Below, piece after piece: positions 1 to 13,400 of a DNA stretch of 64,000 nucleotides. The stretch lies in assembly GCA_965248835.1 (NCBI GenBank), contig CBDFLJ010000002.1:1920001-1984000 (forward strand), read 5' to 3'. This DNA is from Alphaproteobacteria bacterium. Lineage in GTDB: Bacteria; Pseudomonadota; Alphaproteobacteria; MPNO01. Position numbers and translations under genes: made by a program. The notes under the pieces are model-generated. The model was not told where the DNA came from, did not search any database, and was given only the letters and a program-made list of their open reading frames with translations. The stretch's first letter is position 1. Every line of letters begins with the position of its first letter.

Positions 1-202
1 TGTCACGATAGGCGACCAACTCCTCGTCGAGGATTTTGAGGAATTTGGGCAGATCGGTGAGCTCTGACGAAATGCAGATGGGATGCCAGTAGCGCCGCAT
101 CAGTTCGCCCATCGGCGTGCCGGCCCTGACATGCGTGAGCCTGACGTCTTCTTCGGGAACGATCGCGTTACGCCCGTAACCGGATCCGTCGGAATCGGGC
201 AT
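1..202 (-). CDS. Rieske non-heme iron aromatic oxygenase alpha subunit (phthalate 4,5-dioxygenase/vanillate demethylase-like), N-terminal part running off the window edge
   Basis: Absent from the ORF track. Manual translation from ATG at 202 gives MPDSDGSGYGRNAIVPEEDVRLTHVRAGTPMGELMRRYWHPICISSELTDLPKFLKILDEELVAYRD. The segment T..GTPMGELMRRYWHP...LVAYRD is the typical pre-Rieske N-terminus. GGAGG RBS lies 8 nt upstream. Confidence 0.8.
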   Translation of the reverse strand, partial: MPDSDGSGYGRNAIVPEEDVRLTHVRAGTPMGELMRRYWHPICISSELTDLPKFLKILDEELVAYRD

Positions 203-482
203 CGATAAAACCTCCCAGAGCGAAAAGTCGTTCTTGTTCTGGACGTTGGCACGTGGGGGCGTGGCAGCCGGAGCATGGATTCGATGAAGCTGATTGTCAA
301 GAAAGCGCCCACTATCAACGAGGGAAGCGCTTTCAAAAATTTTGTTTGAACCTCAGATCTCGGATACATCGACCTGGAACAAAGAACCTTGCAAACAATC
401 GACAACCCGTTCGGCATGAGGTCGTCACCCATGTCTCAGGTACGTTCCGTTACCTTTGTCTCCGGGTCGGACATTGAGAGCG

Positions 483-558
483 TGGTGCGCGCACCAGGAC
501 TCGAACCTGGGACCCACTGATTAAAAGTCAGTTGCTCTACCACCTGAGCTATGCGCGC
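483..558 (-). tRNA. tRNA-Lys (anticodon UUU)
   Basis: Reverse complement GCGCGCA-TA-GCTC-AGGTGGTA-GAGC-A-ACTGA-CTTTTAA-TCAGT-GGGTC-CCAGG-TTCGAGT-CCTGG-TGCGCGC-A-CCA folds as a 76-nt cloverleaf with encoded CCA. Confidence 0.97.
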
Positions 559-590
559 GCCTGTCTCAGGTGCCGCGTGCCGGCTGCGCG

Positions 591-619
591 ACCTTATGGG
601 GTCGCAGATCGGGGGTCAA
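591..619 (-). promoter_or_regulatory. Sigma70-type promoter of tRNA-Lys
   Basis: TTGACC-N17-TAAGGT on the minus strand, about 30 nt upstream of the tRNA. Confidence 0.6.
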
Positions 620-659
620 GGCGCTGTCCCGGTTCAGGCACCGCGCCGCAAGGCGCCGA

Positions 660-1166
660 TCAGGGATCCCTGCAGCGCTCAGCCAGCTTGGCGGCGACCC
701 GCGGCGAGACGAACGCGGTGATGTCGCCGCCCAGAATCGCGATCTCCTTGACCAGGCGCGAGGCGATGAACTGGTGCTTGTCCGAGGCCATCAGGCTGAT
801 GGTCTCGACTTCGGGGTTGAGCTTGGCATTCATGCTCGACATCTGAAACTCGTAGTCGAAGTCGGAGACCGCGCGCAGGCCGCGGATGATCACCTTGGCG
901 CCGTTCTCGACCGCGAAGTCCATCAACAGATTGTCGAATGCCTTGACCAGCACCCGTTGGGTCTCGCCCTCATTCAGCGCGGCGACTTCGTCCTCCACCA
1001 TCCGGACCCGTTCCCCGACATCGAAGAGCGGCCCCTTGCCGGTGTTGACCGCGACACCGACCACAACCCGGTCAACCACGTTGGCGGCGCGCTGGATGAC
1101 GTCGAGATGCCCGTTGGTGATGGGATCAAAGGTCCCCGGGTAGACCCCGGTCCGAAACTCGGCCAT
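660..1166 (-). CDS. coaD: Pantetheine-phosphate adenylyltransferase
   Basis: YPGTFDPITNGHLD and IIRGLRAVSDFDYE motifs; follows gyrA as usual in Alphaproteobacteria. Confidence 0.97.
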   Translation of the reverse strand: MAEFRTGVYPGTFDPITNGHLDVIQRAANVVDRVVVGVAVNTGKGPLFDVGERVRMVEDEVAALNEGETQRVLVKAFDNLLMDFAVENGAKVIIRGLRAVSDFDYEFQMSSMNAKLNPEVETISLMASDKHQFIASRLVKEIAILGGDITAFVSPRVAAKLAERCRDP

Positions 1167-1213
1167 CGCCGATCGCTCCCCCTTGTCTACACGAACCGTC
1201 CCGGCCGCCGGCG

Positions 1214-3925
1214 TCAGAGCGCGCCGTTGCCGCCGTTGGCGTCCTCGTCGATGTCTTCGGACGGGTCGGCCAAGCGCGCGGCCGAGACCACCCGCTCGCT
1301 TTCTGCGGTCGCGAAAAGCTTGACCCCTTGCGTGCGCCGCCCGGCGATCCGGACATCGTCGACCGGCGAGCGGATCATGGTGCCGCCGTCGGTGACCAGC
1401 ATGATTTGATCGCCCGGCTCGACCGGGAACGCAGCCACCACCAGCCCGTTCCGCGCCGAGGTCTCGATGTTGGCGATCCCCTGCCCGCCCCGATTGGTCA
1501 CCCGGTACTCGTAGGCCGAGGTGCGCTTGCCGTAGCCGTTCTCGGTCACGCTCAGGATGAACTGCTCGGTGTCCTCGAACCGCGCAATGTCCTGATCGCT
1601 GAGCCCGAAGCGGCCGTTGGCTCCGGTGCCGTTCGACTCGGCCCGCCGCCGGCCGTTGGCATAGCGGATATAGGCGTCGCGCGCCTCGGTATCGAACTCG
1701 GTGTGGCCAAGCACGGTCATCGAGACGATGTCGTCATCGGGCGCCAAGCGGATGCCGCGCACACCGGTCGAGGTCCGCCCGCTGAAAACCCGTAGCTGGT
1801 CGACCGCAAAGCGGATGCATTTGCCGCTGCGCGCGGCAAGCAGGATGTCCTCGCCCTGCCCGCACGTCGCCACCCCGACCAGCCGGTCGCCGTCCTCCAG
1901 CTTCATGGCGATCTTGCCGTTCGCCATGATGTTGGCGAAATCGGTCAGCCGGTTGCGCCGGACGTTGCCGCTGGCGGTGGCGAAAACGATATCGAGGTCC
2001 TTCCAGGTCGCCTCTTCCTCGGGCATCGGCATGACGGTGGTGATGTTCTCGCCCGTTTCCAGCGGCAGCAGGTTGACCAGCGCCTTGCCGCGGGCCTGTG
2101 GTGTGGCCTCGGGCAGGCGGTAGACCTTGAGCCGATACACCTGGCCGCGCGAGGAGAAGAACAGGACCGAGGTGTGGGTGTCGCAGACGAAGACCTTTTC
2201 GAGGAAGTCGCCCTCCTTGGTCGCCATACCCGACCTTCCCTTGCCGCCGCGGCGCTGCGCCCGGTAGGTCGACAGCGCGACACGCTTGATGTAGCCAGAA
2301 TGGGTAACGGTGACGACCATCGCCTCGCGCTGGATCAAGTCTTCGATGTCGTGCTCGACCTCCGCCTCTTCCAGCGTCGTGCGGCGGTCCGTCTTGAAGG
2401 CCTGCTTGATCTCCTCGAGCTCTTCGCGAAGGATTCCCAGGATCCGCTCACGCGAGTCCAGGATCGCCAGGTAGTCGTTGATCTTCTCGGCCAGCACTTC
2501 GAGCTCGTCGCCGATCTTGTCGCGCTCGAGAGCCGTCAGGCGCTGCAGCCGGAGATCCAGGATGCCGCGGGCCTGGGCCTCGGACAGGGTGTAGGCGCCA
2601 TCGACCACCGCGCGGTCGGGCTCGTCCAGAAGCGCGATGACCGATGCGACCTCGTCCGCCGGCCACGCTGCCGCCATCAGCGCGGCCCGTGCGGCCGCCG
2701 GGTCGGGCGCCTTGCGGATCAGCTCGATCATCGCATCGATGTTCGCCACCGCAATCGCAAGCCCCGCCAGCAGATGGGCCCGCTCGCGCGCCTTACCGAG
2801 ATCGAAGACCGTGCGCCGCCTTATCACCTCTTCGCGGAAGTCGGTGAAGGCGCGCAGCATCACCTTGAGGTTCATGATCTGCGGCCGACCGTGGTCGAGC
2901 GCCAGCGTGTTGACGCCGAAGGTCGATTGCAGCGGCGAGAACCGGAAGATCTGGTTGAGCACGATCTCGGCCACCGCGTCGCGCTTGAGCTCGACCACGA
3001 CGCGCACGCCGTGGCGGTCGGACTCATCGCGCAGGTCCGAGATGCCCTCGATGCGCTTGGCGCGCACAAGCTCGGCGATCTTCTCGATCATCCGCGCCTT
3101 GTTCACCTGGTAGGGAATTTCGGTGATGATGATCGCCTCGCGGTCCTTGCGGATCGTCTCGACGTGGGTGCGTCCGCGCATCACCACCGAGCCGCGCCCG
3201 AAGTGATAGGCGGACCGGATGCCCGAGCGGCCGATAATGATCCCGCCGGTCGGGAAGTCCGGGCCCGGCACGATCTCCATCAGCGCATCGATGCCGATCT
3301 CCGGCGTGTCGAGGACGGCAAGGCAGGCATCGACGATCTCGCCCAGATTGTGCGGCGGCACGTTTGTCGCCATACCGACCGCAATCCCGCCGGCGCCGTT
3401 GACCAGGAGATTGGGGATCTTCGCCGGCAGCACCTCGGGCTCGCGCGCGGTCTCGTCGTAGTTGGCCTGGAAATTGACGGTCTCGCGGCCGATATCGTCC
3501 AGCATCTCGTGCGCGGCCCGGGTCAGGCGGACCTCGGTGTAGCGCATCGCCGCCGGCGGATCGCCGTCCATCGAGCCGAAATTGCCCTGCCCGTCGATCA
3601 GCGGCAGGCTCATCGAGAAGTCCTGGGCCATGCGCACCATCGCGTCATAGATCGCCGCGTCGCCGTGCGGGTGGTATTTGCCCATCACGTCGCCGACGAC
3701 CCGCGCCGATTTGCGATGGGGCCGGTTCCACTGATAGCCTTCCTCGTTCATCGCGAACAGGATCCGGCGGTGCACCGGCTTCAGCCCGTCGCGCACATCG
3801 GGCAGCGCTCGGGCAACGATCACGCTCATCGCGTAATCGAGATACGACCGCTCCATCTCCTCTTCGAGGCTGACCGGCGTGATATCGAAATCCGGCGTCG
3901 CCGGTGGTGGCTGGGCGTCTGTCAA
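1214..3925 (-). CDS. gyrA: DNA gyrase subunit A
   Basis: [42 protein letters not shown] (catalytic Tyr) and GyrA-box QRRGGKG. Probable TTG start at 3925; the frame is open to 3970. Confidence 0.97.
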   Translation of the reverse strand: MTDAQPPPATPDFDITPVSLEEEMERSYLDYAMSVIVARALPDVRDGLKPVHRRILFAMNEEGYQWNRPHRKSARVVGDVMGKYHPHGDAAIYDAMVRMAQDFSMSLPLIDGQGNFGSMDGDPPAAMRYTEVRLTRAAHEMLDDIGRETVNFQANYDETAREPEVLPAKIPNLLVNGAGGIAVGMATNVPPHNLGEIVDACLAVLDTPEIGIDALMEIVPGPDFPTGGIIIGRSGIRSAYHFGRGSVVMRGRTHVETIRKDREAIIITEIPYQVNKARMIEKIAELVRAKRIEGISDLRDESDRHGVRVVVELKRDAVAEIVLNQIFRFSPLQSTFGVNTLALDHGRPQIMNLKVMLRAFTDFREEVIRRRTVFDLGKARERAHLLAGLAIAVANIDAMIELIRKAPDPAAARAALMAAAWPADEVASVIALLDEPDRAVVDGAYTLSEAQARGILDLRLQRLTALERDKIGDELEVLAEKINDYLAILDSRERILGILREELEEIKQAFKTDRRTTLEEAEVEHDIEDLIQREAMVVTVTHSGYIKRVALSTYRAQRRGGKGRSGMATKEGDFLEKVFVCDTHTSVLFFSSRGQVYRLKVYRLPEATPQARGKALVNLLPLETGENITTVMPMPEEEATWKDLDIVFATASGNVRRNRLTDFANIMANGKIAMKLEDGDRLVGVATCGQGEDILLAARSGKCIRFAVDQLRVFSGRTSTGVRGIRLAPDDDIVSMTVLGHTEFDTEARDAYIRYANGRRRAESNGTGANGRFGLSDQDIARFEDTEQFILSVTENGYGKRTSAYEYRVTNRGGQGIANIETSARNGLVVAAFPVEPGDQIMLVTDGGTMIRSPVDDVRIAGRRTQGVKLFATAESERVVSAARLADPSEDIDEDANGGNGAL

Positions 3926-4102
3926 TGCACGTCGCGGGGCTCGAGGAAAGGCAAAATTAACGCGTTCCAAGCCAGCGGCCGGAACGCGGTCCGAACATCC
4001 CGAAACATAGCAGAATCAATTGACTCGCTCAACGTCGCCGGCGGCCTCGGCGCGATTTCGCCGGCCGCCGCCCGGTATCTGCGGCCAACCGGCGGAGCCG
4101 GT

Positions 4103-4581
4103 TCAGAACGGAATTTCGTCGTCGAGCTCCGCCCCGCCCCCGCCGGCCGGCGAACCGCCGAACTCGCTGTCGCGCTGATCCATTCCGCCGCCCATATCGC
4201 CGCCATATCGCCGGTGGAAGCGCCCTCGCCTCGGCTGTCCAGCATGGTCAACTCGCCGCGGTAACGCTGCAGCACCACCTCGGTCGAATAGCGGTCCTGG
4301 CCCTGCTGGTCCTGCCATTTGCGGGTCTGGAGCTGGCCCTCCAGGTAGACCTTCGATCCCTTGCGCAGGTACTTCTGGGCAACCTCGCCCAGCCGCTCGT
4401 TGAAAATGACCACGCGATGCCATTCGGTGCGTTCGCGCTGCTCGCCCGAGTTACGGTCGCGCCAGCGTTCGGAAGTCGCCACCGACATGTTGACGATAGG
4501 GTTTCCGTCGTTGGTATGACGGACTTCGGGATCCCGTCCCAGGTTTCCGATCAGAGTGACCTTGTTGACGCTGCCCGCCAT
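4103..4581 (-). CDS. ssb: Single-stranded DNA-binding protein, with an apparent 1-nt frameshift near 4203
   Basis: [19 protein letters not shown]...TEWHRVV...[17 protein letters not shown] fold, with GGAGG RBS. The canonical ELDDEIPF-stop tail lies in a different frame ending at 4103. Confidence 0.93.
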
Positions 4582-4706
4582 CTGCGCCTCCATTCTAGGT
4601 TGATGGCGCGATCATAGCGCAATGCATCCAGACTGCCAGCGCGCCCTGGGGATAAGCGGCCGCCTGCGGCCGAGTCTTTTCCGGGATTTCGCGCAAGGCG
4701 GCGCGG

Positions 4707-5660
4707 CTATGCCTCGATGACCCGAACCGGCGCGCCGGCGAGCCAAGCCTGGATGTTCTCGACCGCGCCGCCGTAATAGCCGCGATAGTTCTCGACCGTC
4801 ACATAGCCCAGATGCGGGGTGACGACGATGTTGTCGAGCCGCCGGAACGCGTGGTCCCGCGGCAGCGGCTCGATGTCGAAGACATCGAGCGCCGCACCGG
4901 CGATCGCACCGCGTTCGAGGACGTCGACCAGTGCCGCCTCATCGACGATCGGCCCGCGCGAGGTGTTGACCAGCCACGCCTGGGGCTTCATCAGCGCCAG
5001 GTCGGCGGCCGTGATCAGGCCGCGCGTGCGCTCGCTGAGGAGCTGGTGGATGGTGATGACGTCGGCCTCTGCCATGATCCGGGCCTTGCTCGACAGCACC
5101 GCGCCGGCCTCCGCGCAGCGCTCTTGGGTGAGGTTCCGGCTCCAGGCGATCACCTCCATCCCGAACGCCTTGCCGATACCGGCGACCTGACTGCCGAGCC
5201 GTCCGAGCCCGATGATGCCGAGCGTTTTGCCGCGCAGGCCGTAGCCTACGCTCTGTTGCCAGCCGCCCTCCCGTGTGGCCCGGTCCTCGCGCGGGATGTT
5301 GCGGACCAGAGCAAGGATCAGCCCCCAGGTGAGCTCGGCAGTCGGATAGCCGAGCGCGGGCGTGCCGCAGACCACGACCCCGTTGTCCCGGGCAGCCGCG
5401 ATGTCGATGGAGAGGTTGCGCATCCCGCTGGTCAGCAGCAGCTCCAGCTTGGGCAGCTTTTCGAACTGCGAGCGCGGGAACGGCGTGCGCTCGCGCATGA
5501 TGCAGATGATCTCGAAATCGCCCAGGCGTCGGGCGATCTCGTCCTCGCCATCGATATGGGTGTCGAAGATCTCGATCTCGACCGCGCCGGCCAGCACCGA
5601 CCAGTCGGCCATCTCCAGCGCGCAGCGCTGATAGTCGTCGATAATCGCGCAACGCTTCAT
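4707..5660 (-). CDS. D-2-hydroxyacid dehydrogenase family protein (SerA/glyoxylate reductase-like)
   Basis: GIIGLGRLG Rossmann motif, VNTSRGPIVDE, ALDVFDIEP, TPHLGY. Confidence 0.9.
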   Translation of the reverse strand: MKRCAIIDDYQRCALEMADWSVLAGAVEIEIFDTHIDGEDEIARRLGDFEIICIMRERTPFPRSQFEKLPKLELLLTSGMRNLSIDIAAARDNGVVVCGTPALGYPTAELTWGLILALVRNIPREDRATREGGWQQSVGYGLRGKTLGIIGLGRLGSQVAGIGKAFGMEVIAWSRNLTQERCAEAGAVLSSKARIMAEADVITIHQLLSERTRGLITAADLALMKPQAWLVNTSRGPIVDEAALVDVLERGAIAGAALDVFDIEPLPRDHAFRRLDNIVVTPHLGYVTVENYRGYYGGAVENIQAWLAGAPVRVIEA

Positions 5661-5719
5661 CAGCCGCTCCCCGGTTGATGGCGTATATTATCAGAACCGA
5701 CCATAGGGAGATCGCAGCC

Positions 5720-6682
5720 ATGGGCCATCTGCTGGACGGAAAGTGGACCTTCGAGGACAAGCTGGTCGAGCTCGACGGCGGCAAATACGCCAAGAAGCCG
5801 GCCCGGTTCCGCAACCGGGTGAGTGCCGACGGCTCCAGCGGCTTCCCGGCTGCGCCGGGCCGCTACCACCTCTATTCCTCGCCCGGCTGCCCGTGGGCGC
5901 ACCGCGCCGTGCTGTTCCGCGTCCTCAACCGGCTGGAGCCGGTGATCGGCCTGACCGATACCGAACAGCGCGAGGGCGGTGAAGGCTGGGCGTTCGGCGC
6001 CGGCGGCCACCTCGTGCCGGGCACCGACCGCCGGGTCGAATACCTGCATGAGATCTACAGCCTGTCCGATCCGACCTGCACGACGCGGGTGACGGTCCCG
6101 ACCTTGTGGGATTCCGAGACCCGCAAGATCGTCAGCAACGAATCTTCGGAGATCATCCGGATGTTCAACGCCGAGTTCGCCGCGTTCGTCGAGCCCAGCC
6201 CCAACTACTGCCCGGCCGCGCAAATGGCCGAGATCGATGCGGTGAATGCCCGGGTCCTCGACGGCATCAACAACGCGGTCAACGAATGCGGCCGGTCGGT
6301 CACCCAGGACGCCTACGAAGCCGCCTTCGACAAGCTGTTCGACACGCTCCAGGAGCTCGATGCGCGTCTGTCGCACCAGCGCTATCTGTGCGGCAACGCC
6401 CAGACCGAGGCGGATTGGCGGCTCTACCCCAACCTGATCCGCTTCGATGCCGTCTACTACCTCGGATACAAGTGCAACCTCCGCCGTATCGAGGATTTTC
6501 CCAACTTGTCGAATTATTTGCGCGATCTCTACCAGACGCCGGGGATTGCCGCCGTCAGCGATGTCGAGGCGATGAAGCGGGGCTCCTTCTCCAAGGCCGG
6601 GCCGATCGGCGCGAACGGCATCATCCCCAAGGGCCCCGCGCTCGACCTCGACCGCCCGCACGACCGCGGCAGGTTCGATTAG
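5720..6682 (+). CDS. Glutathionyl-hydroquinone reductase / omega-like GST (YqjG family)
   Basis: [47 protein letters not shown]; GGGAG RBS before ATG 5720. Confidence 0.88.
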   Translation: MGHLLDGKWTFEDKLVELDGGKYAKKPARFRNRVSADGSSGFPAAPGRYHLYSSPGCPWAHRAVLFRVLNRLEPVIGLTDTEQREGGEGWAFGAGGHLVPGTDRRVEYLHEIYSLSDPTCTTRVTVPTLWDSETRKIVSNESSEIIRMFNAEFAAFVEPSPNYCPAAQMAEIDAVNARVLDGINNAVNECGRSVTQDAYEAAFDKLFDTLQELDARLSHQRYLCGNAQTEADWRLYPNLIRFDAVYYLGYKCNLRRIEDFPNLSNYLRDLYQTPGIAAVSDVEAMKRGSFSKAGPIGANGIIPKGPALDLDRPHDRGRFD

Positions 6683-6687
6683 CGCCT

Positions 6688-6733
6688 GTTGCGGTCGGAT
6701 CGCGCCGATCCGCCCCCCGGGGCCGACCGCAAC
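6688..6733 (+). terminator. GC-rich stem-loop downstream of the GST gene (possible terminator or mRNA stabiliser)
   Basis: GTTGCGGTCGG (6688-6698) pairs perfectly with CCGACCGCAAC (6723-6733); no U-tract. Confidence 0.4.
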
Positions 6734-6829
6734 GAACGCTCGGGCCGCCTGGCGATGGTTCGGGGCGGAATCGGCTGGCCTCGCCGGCGGTGCCGGGCCA
6801 TAGTGTGAAAGTCCATATTTCGGGTCGTC

Positions 6830-9697
<2,868 letters not shown>

Positions 9698-9772
9698 AGG
9701 GCTCGACCCCCGAGGGGCTTTCCGGCATTTTGCGGTTCCGTGACAAATTCAGAGCTTTGGACCGGTCGCCAG

Positions 9773-10474
9773 ATGACTGAAATCCGTGGCCATCAGATGA
9801 GCCGCGAAGACATCCTCGACGGCACGATCGAGACCGTCGTCCGCGACGCCCTCGTCCGCTACAACGTCCCGCTGAAGTCGGCCGAGGAGCGCCGGGCGAT
9901 CATGCGCTCGATGTTGGCCGGGCTCGCGCCGGGCGAGGACCCCTGGGTGTTCTGCTATGGCTCGCTGATCTGGAACCCCGCCTTCGCGTTCACCGAGAGC
10001 CGTTGCGGGAAGGTGTTCGGATACCACCGCCGGTTCACATTCTGGTCCAAGATGGGCCGCGGCAGCGCGGATCGGCCGGGCATGATGCTCGGGCTGGCCA
10101 GGGGCGGATCGTGCGCCGGGTTGGCGCTCAGGGTCGCCCACGAGCGCGCCGAGCACGAACTGCAATCGGTCTTCATGCGCGAGATGATGACCACCAGCTA
10201 TCATGCCCGGTTCGTGCCGGTGCATACCGACCGCGGCGTCGTCCGGGCGATCACCTTCATCGCCAATCCCGGGCACGTCTTCTATGCCGGGCGGGTGTCG
10301 TTGGAGACCGCCGCCCGGCACATTGCCTTCGCCGAGGGCCATCTGGGGCCATGCCGCGACTATCTGTACAACACGGTCCTGCACCTCGACGCGCACGGGA
10401 TCCGCGACCGCAGCATGCAGAGGCTGCTGCAGTTGGTGGAAGTCCACAGGGCGTCCCCGACCGAGACGGGATGA
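9773..10474 (+). CDS. chaC: Gamma-glutamylcyclotransferase (ChaC family)
   Basis: [43 protein letters not shown]; start could be 9740. Confidence 0.85.
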   Translation: MTEIRGHQMSREDILDGTIETVVRDALVRYNVPLKSAEERRAIMRSMLAGLAPGEDPWVFCYGSLIWNPAFAFTESRCGKVFGYHRRFTFWSKMGRGSADRPGMMLGLARGGSCAGLALRVAHERAEHELQSVFMREMMTTSYHARFVPVHTDRGVVRAITFIANPGHVFYAGRVSLETAARHIAFAEGHLGPCRDYLYNTVLHLDAHGIRDRSMQRLLQLVEVHRASPTETG

Positions 10475-11832
10475 GGCCGGTCCACATCGTCGGCGGCGGG
10501 CTCGCCGGCTCGGAAGCCGCCTGGCAATGCGCCCGGGCAGGCGTGCCGGCGGTGCTCCACGAGATGCGGCCGCACCGCGGCACCGAGGCCCACCGGACGG
10601 GCCGGCTGGCCGAACTCGTGTGCTCCAACTCTTTCCGCTCCGATGACGCCGACGGCAGCGCGATCGGTCTTCTGCATGCCGAGATGCGCCTGCTGTCCTC
10701 GGTGATCCTGGCCTCGGCCGACGCCCACAAGGTGCCGGCGGGCGGCGCGCTGGCCGTCGACCGCGACGACTTTGCCGGTGCGGTCGAGGACGCGGTCCGG
10801 GCCGAGCCGCTGATCGAGATCGAGCGCGGCGAGATCCAAGGTCTGCCGCCGGCGGACTGGGACAGCGTGATCATCGCCACCGGCCCGCTCACCGCGCCTG
10901 CGCTGGCCGAGGCAATCGGCCGGCTGAGCGGCGAGGACTCGCTGGCTTTCTTCGATGCCATCGCACCGATCGTCTACCGCGAGAGCATCGATTTCGAGAC
11001 CGCATGGTTCCAATCGCGCTACGACAAGAAAGGGCCTGCCGGTTCCGGCTCGGACTACATCAACTGCCCGATGGACGAGGCCCAATACGAGGCCTTCATC
11101 GATGCGCTGCTTGCCGGGGAGACTACCGCGTTCAAGGACTGGGAGACCGGCACGCCTTATTTCGAGGGCTGCCTGCCGATCGAGGTGATGGCCGCGCGCG
11201 GGCGCCAGACGCCCCGCTTCGGCCCGATGAAGCCGGTCGGGCTGACCGATCCCAGGACAGGGAGCCGGCCGCACGCGGTCGTCCAGCTCCGCCAGGACAA
11301 CGCGCTGGGAACGCTCTACAACATGGTCGGCTTCCAGACCAAGCTGCGGCATTCCGAGCAGACCCACGTTTTCCGGATGATCCCGGGACTCCAAGATGCG
11401 CGGTTCGCAAGGCTCGGCGGGCTGCACCGCAACACATTCCTCAATTCGCCGCGGCTCCTGGACGCCGGCCTGCGCATGAAGGCCGCGCCGCGGCTGCGCT
11501 TCGCCGGCCAGATCACCGGCGTCGAGGGCTATGTCGAGAGCGCGGCCATCGGCCTGCTTGCCGGCCGGTTCGCCGCTGCCGAACGCCTCGGATCGCCGGC
11601 GGTGCCGCCGCCGCCGACCACCGCGCTCGGCGCGCTGCTCGCGCACATCACCGGCGGCGCGCAGGCCGAGACCTTCCAGCCGATGAACGTCAATTTCGGC
11701 CTTTTCCCGGCGCTCGCCGAGCGCCGGCGCGGCCGTGACCGCAAGCAGGGCTATTGCACCCGCGCGCGCGCCGATCTGGAGGCGTGGCGCGGCGAAGCCG
11801 CCTTATCGGCCACGCAAGGCCGCCCAGGTTAG
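10471..11832 (+). CDS. trmFO: Methylenetetrahydrofolate-tRNA-(uracil-5)-methyltransferase
   Basis: [56 protein letters not shown]; ATGA overlap with the chaC stop. Confidence 0.96.
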   Translation: MRPVHIVGGGLAGSEAAWQCARAGVPAVLHEMRPHRGTEAHRTGRLAELVCSNSFRSDDADGSAIGLLHAEMRLLSSVILASADAHKVPAGGALAVDRDDFAGAVEDAVRAEPLIEIERGEIQGLPPADWDSVIIATGPLTAPALAEAIGRLSGEDSLAFFDAIAPIVYRESIDFETAWFQSRYDKKGPAGSGSDYINCPMDEAQYEAFIDALLAGETTAFKDWETGTPYFEGCLPIEVMAARGRQTPRFGPMKPVGLTDPRTGSRPHAVVQLRQDNALGTLYNMVGFQTKLRHSEQTHVFRMIPGLQDARFARLGGLHRNTFLNSPRLLDAGLRMKAAPRLRFAGQITGVEGYVESAAIGLLAGRFAAAERLGSPAVPPPPTTALGALLAHITGGAQAETFQPMNVNFGLFPALAERRRGRDRKQGYCTRARADLEAWRGEAALSATQGRPG

Positions 11833-12639
11833 CCGGACCTGACGGGCGAGCGCGCCGGCTTCGAGCCCGCGGGCAAAGACATCGAACCCGTGCCGTTCGA
11901 GCCGGTCGATATAGCGCTCCGTCAGGACGAGAGGCAGCAGCGCCGCGCGCGACGGCCCGGCGTAGCGCCGACCGGCGGCCTCGAGATGGCCGCGTGCCGC
12001 AAGGGCGATCGGCGCAACGGCTTTGCGCAGGGCCTCGGGCGGCTGCCGGGCGAAAATCTGCTCGGCCGAGACCCCGGCGCCGTCGAGGAGGGATTTCGGC
12101 AAATAGAGCCGGCGCCGGCCGGCATGGAATGGCAGCGCGCGCAACAGCCCGGCAAGCCCCCACGCAAGACCCGCGTGGCGCGCGGCCGCAAGAGCGCCGG
12201 CATCGCCCGCGCCCAGCGCCTCGAGGCTCAGGGCGCACAGCTCTCCGGCCGATCCGGCGGCGTAGTCCTCCAGCGCATCGAGGTCGACGAAGAGCGTCGG
12301 CTCGAGGTCGAGCGCTCTGGTGTCGATCATTTTCTCCAGCCGGGTCCGGCTCAGGCCGTGGTCGCCGACCGCTCGGGAGAGCTCTTCGACGACCGGGTGG
12401 GCCCGCGGCGCGCCGTCATAGATTTCATCGATCGCCTCGCGCCACCACTGCAGACGGATCTGGCCGAGCATCGGCTCGCTGACCACTTCGGCGATCTTGG
12501 CGATCTCGATGTTGAAGGCATAAAGCGCCATCAGCGCCCGCCGACGCGCATCGGGGGCAAACAACGCTGCCAGGAAGCGTTCGTGGTCCAGACGCCTGAC
12601 CTCCCGGGCGCAATATGTCTGAGAATCGGCCATGCTCAT
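11803..12639 (-). CDS. Squalene/phytoene synthase-family protein, NDUFAF6-like
   Basis: [46 protein letters not shown] matches the NDUFAF6-like subfamily pattern; no DDxxD motif. Confidence 0.82.
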   Translation of the reverse strand: MSMADSQTYCAREVRRLDHERFLAALFAPDARRRALMALYAFNIEIAKIAEVVSEPMLGQIRLQWWREAIDEIYDGAPRAHPVVEELSRAVGDHGLSRTRLEKMIDTRALDLEPTLFVDLDALEDYAAGSAGELCALSLEALGAGDAGALAAARHAGLAWGLAGLLRALPFHAGRRRLYLPKSLLDGAGVSAEQIFARQPPEALRKAVAPIALAARGHLEAAGRRYAGPSRAALLPLVLTERYIDRLERHGFDVFARGLEAGALARQVRLTWAALRGR

Positions 12640-12668
12640 CGCGATCCGGTTCGACGTATAGTGGGATC

Positions 12669-13397
12669 GTGCGTTCGGCGATACCAATCGATACACGGCG
12701 CGTCGCCGCCCGTTCGCGGCCCGGTCTTGCCGCCTGCGCGGCCGTGCTCGACCGGGCGCGGATGCTCGCCGACGATATCGCGGCCCCGGCCGCCGAGCGC
12801 ATCGCGGCCCTTGATCGCCTGGCAGCGGAGACGCCCGATCCAAGTTTGCACAAGGCGATCCAGGCCTGCCAGAAATCCGTCACCACGCAACGATTCGCGA
12901 GCTGGTCGGAATTGATCCTCTACTGTCAATTTGCCACCGTCCCAGTGGTGCGCCAGATGCAAGCTCTGCACCGGCGGGCGGGCGAAACCCCGGTGAACGT
13001 CGATTGGCCGGAGAGCTATTGCGTGGCGGCTTTGATCCTCGATCTGATCTTTGATTGCAAGACGGACTATGTCGCGCGCGATCGGGTGTTCCTGCCGGCA
13101 GACTGGCTGCGCGAAGCCGAAGTGGAGCCGCCCGCTCTGGGGGCCGAGCGGGCCAGCCCGGGGCTCCGCCGGGTCATCGACCGTGTCCTGGAGCGTATCG
13201 ACGCGATGCTGCGCGATGCCCGCACCGGCGCGCGCGGTGCCGCCGACAGGCGGTTCCGACGGGCCGCGCTCGAGGGAATCGCCGTCCGAAGCGCCCTGGC
13301 GGCGAAGCTGCGCCGGCGCGATCCGCTGGCGGCTCCTGTCGCACTCGGACCGGCGGAGCGCCTCGGCTGCGTGATACGCGCCTGGCTCGGGCGCTAA
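12669..13397 (+). CDS. Degenerate HpnC-like squalene synthase-fold protein
   Basis: RFASWSELILYC..PV.R, DC..DY...DRVFLP and LRRRDPL match HpnC landmarks, but the Asp-rich motifs are altered. It lies 3 nt upstream of hpnE. Start uncertain (GTG 12669 or ATG 12615). Confidence 0.65.
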   Translation: MRSAIPIDTRRVAARSRPGLAACAAVLDRARMLADDIAAPAAERIAALDRLAAETPDPSLHKAIQACQKSVTTQRFASWSELILYCQFATVPVVRQMQALHRRAGETPVNVDWPESYCVAALILDLIFDCKTDYVARDRVFLPADWLREAEVEPPALGAERASPGLRRVIDRVLERIDAMLRDARTGARGAADRRFRRAALEGIAVRSALAAKLRRRDPLAAPVALGPAERLGCVIRAWLGR

Positions 13398-13400
13398 AGC

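Noticed and set aside
100-477. ORFs 100..432 (-) and 253..477 (+)
   Set aside because: Neither has recognisable motifs. The first overlaps the better-supported Rieske gene in another frame, and the region is more likely promoter DNA.
3922-4200. The 223-aa ssb ORF with a long novel C-terminus
   Set aside because: The extension is explained by a one-base deletion, and the canonical tail is present in the adjacent frame.
4620-4629. CAATGCATCC upstream of ssb, identical to the start of the 38292 operator candidate
   Set aside because: A single 10-mer match without the second half-site is plausible by chance.
6757-6772. GTTC-N7-AATC upstream of uvrA as a LexA box
   Set aside because: The second half-site has two mismatches, too weak to call without a PWM.
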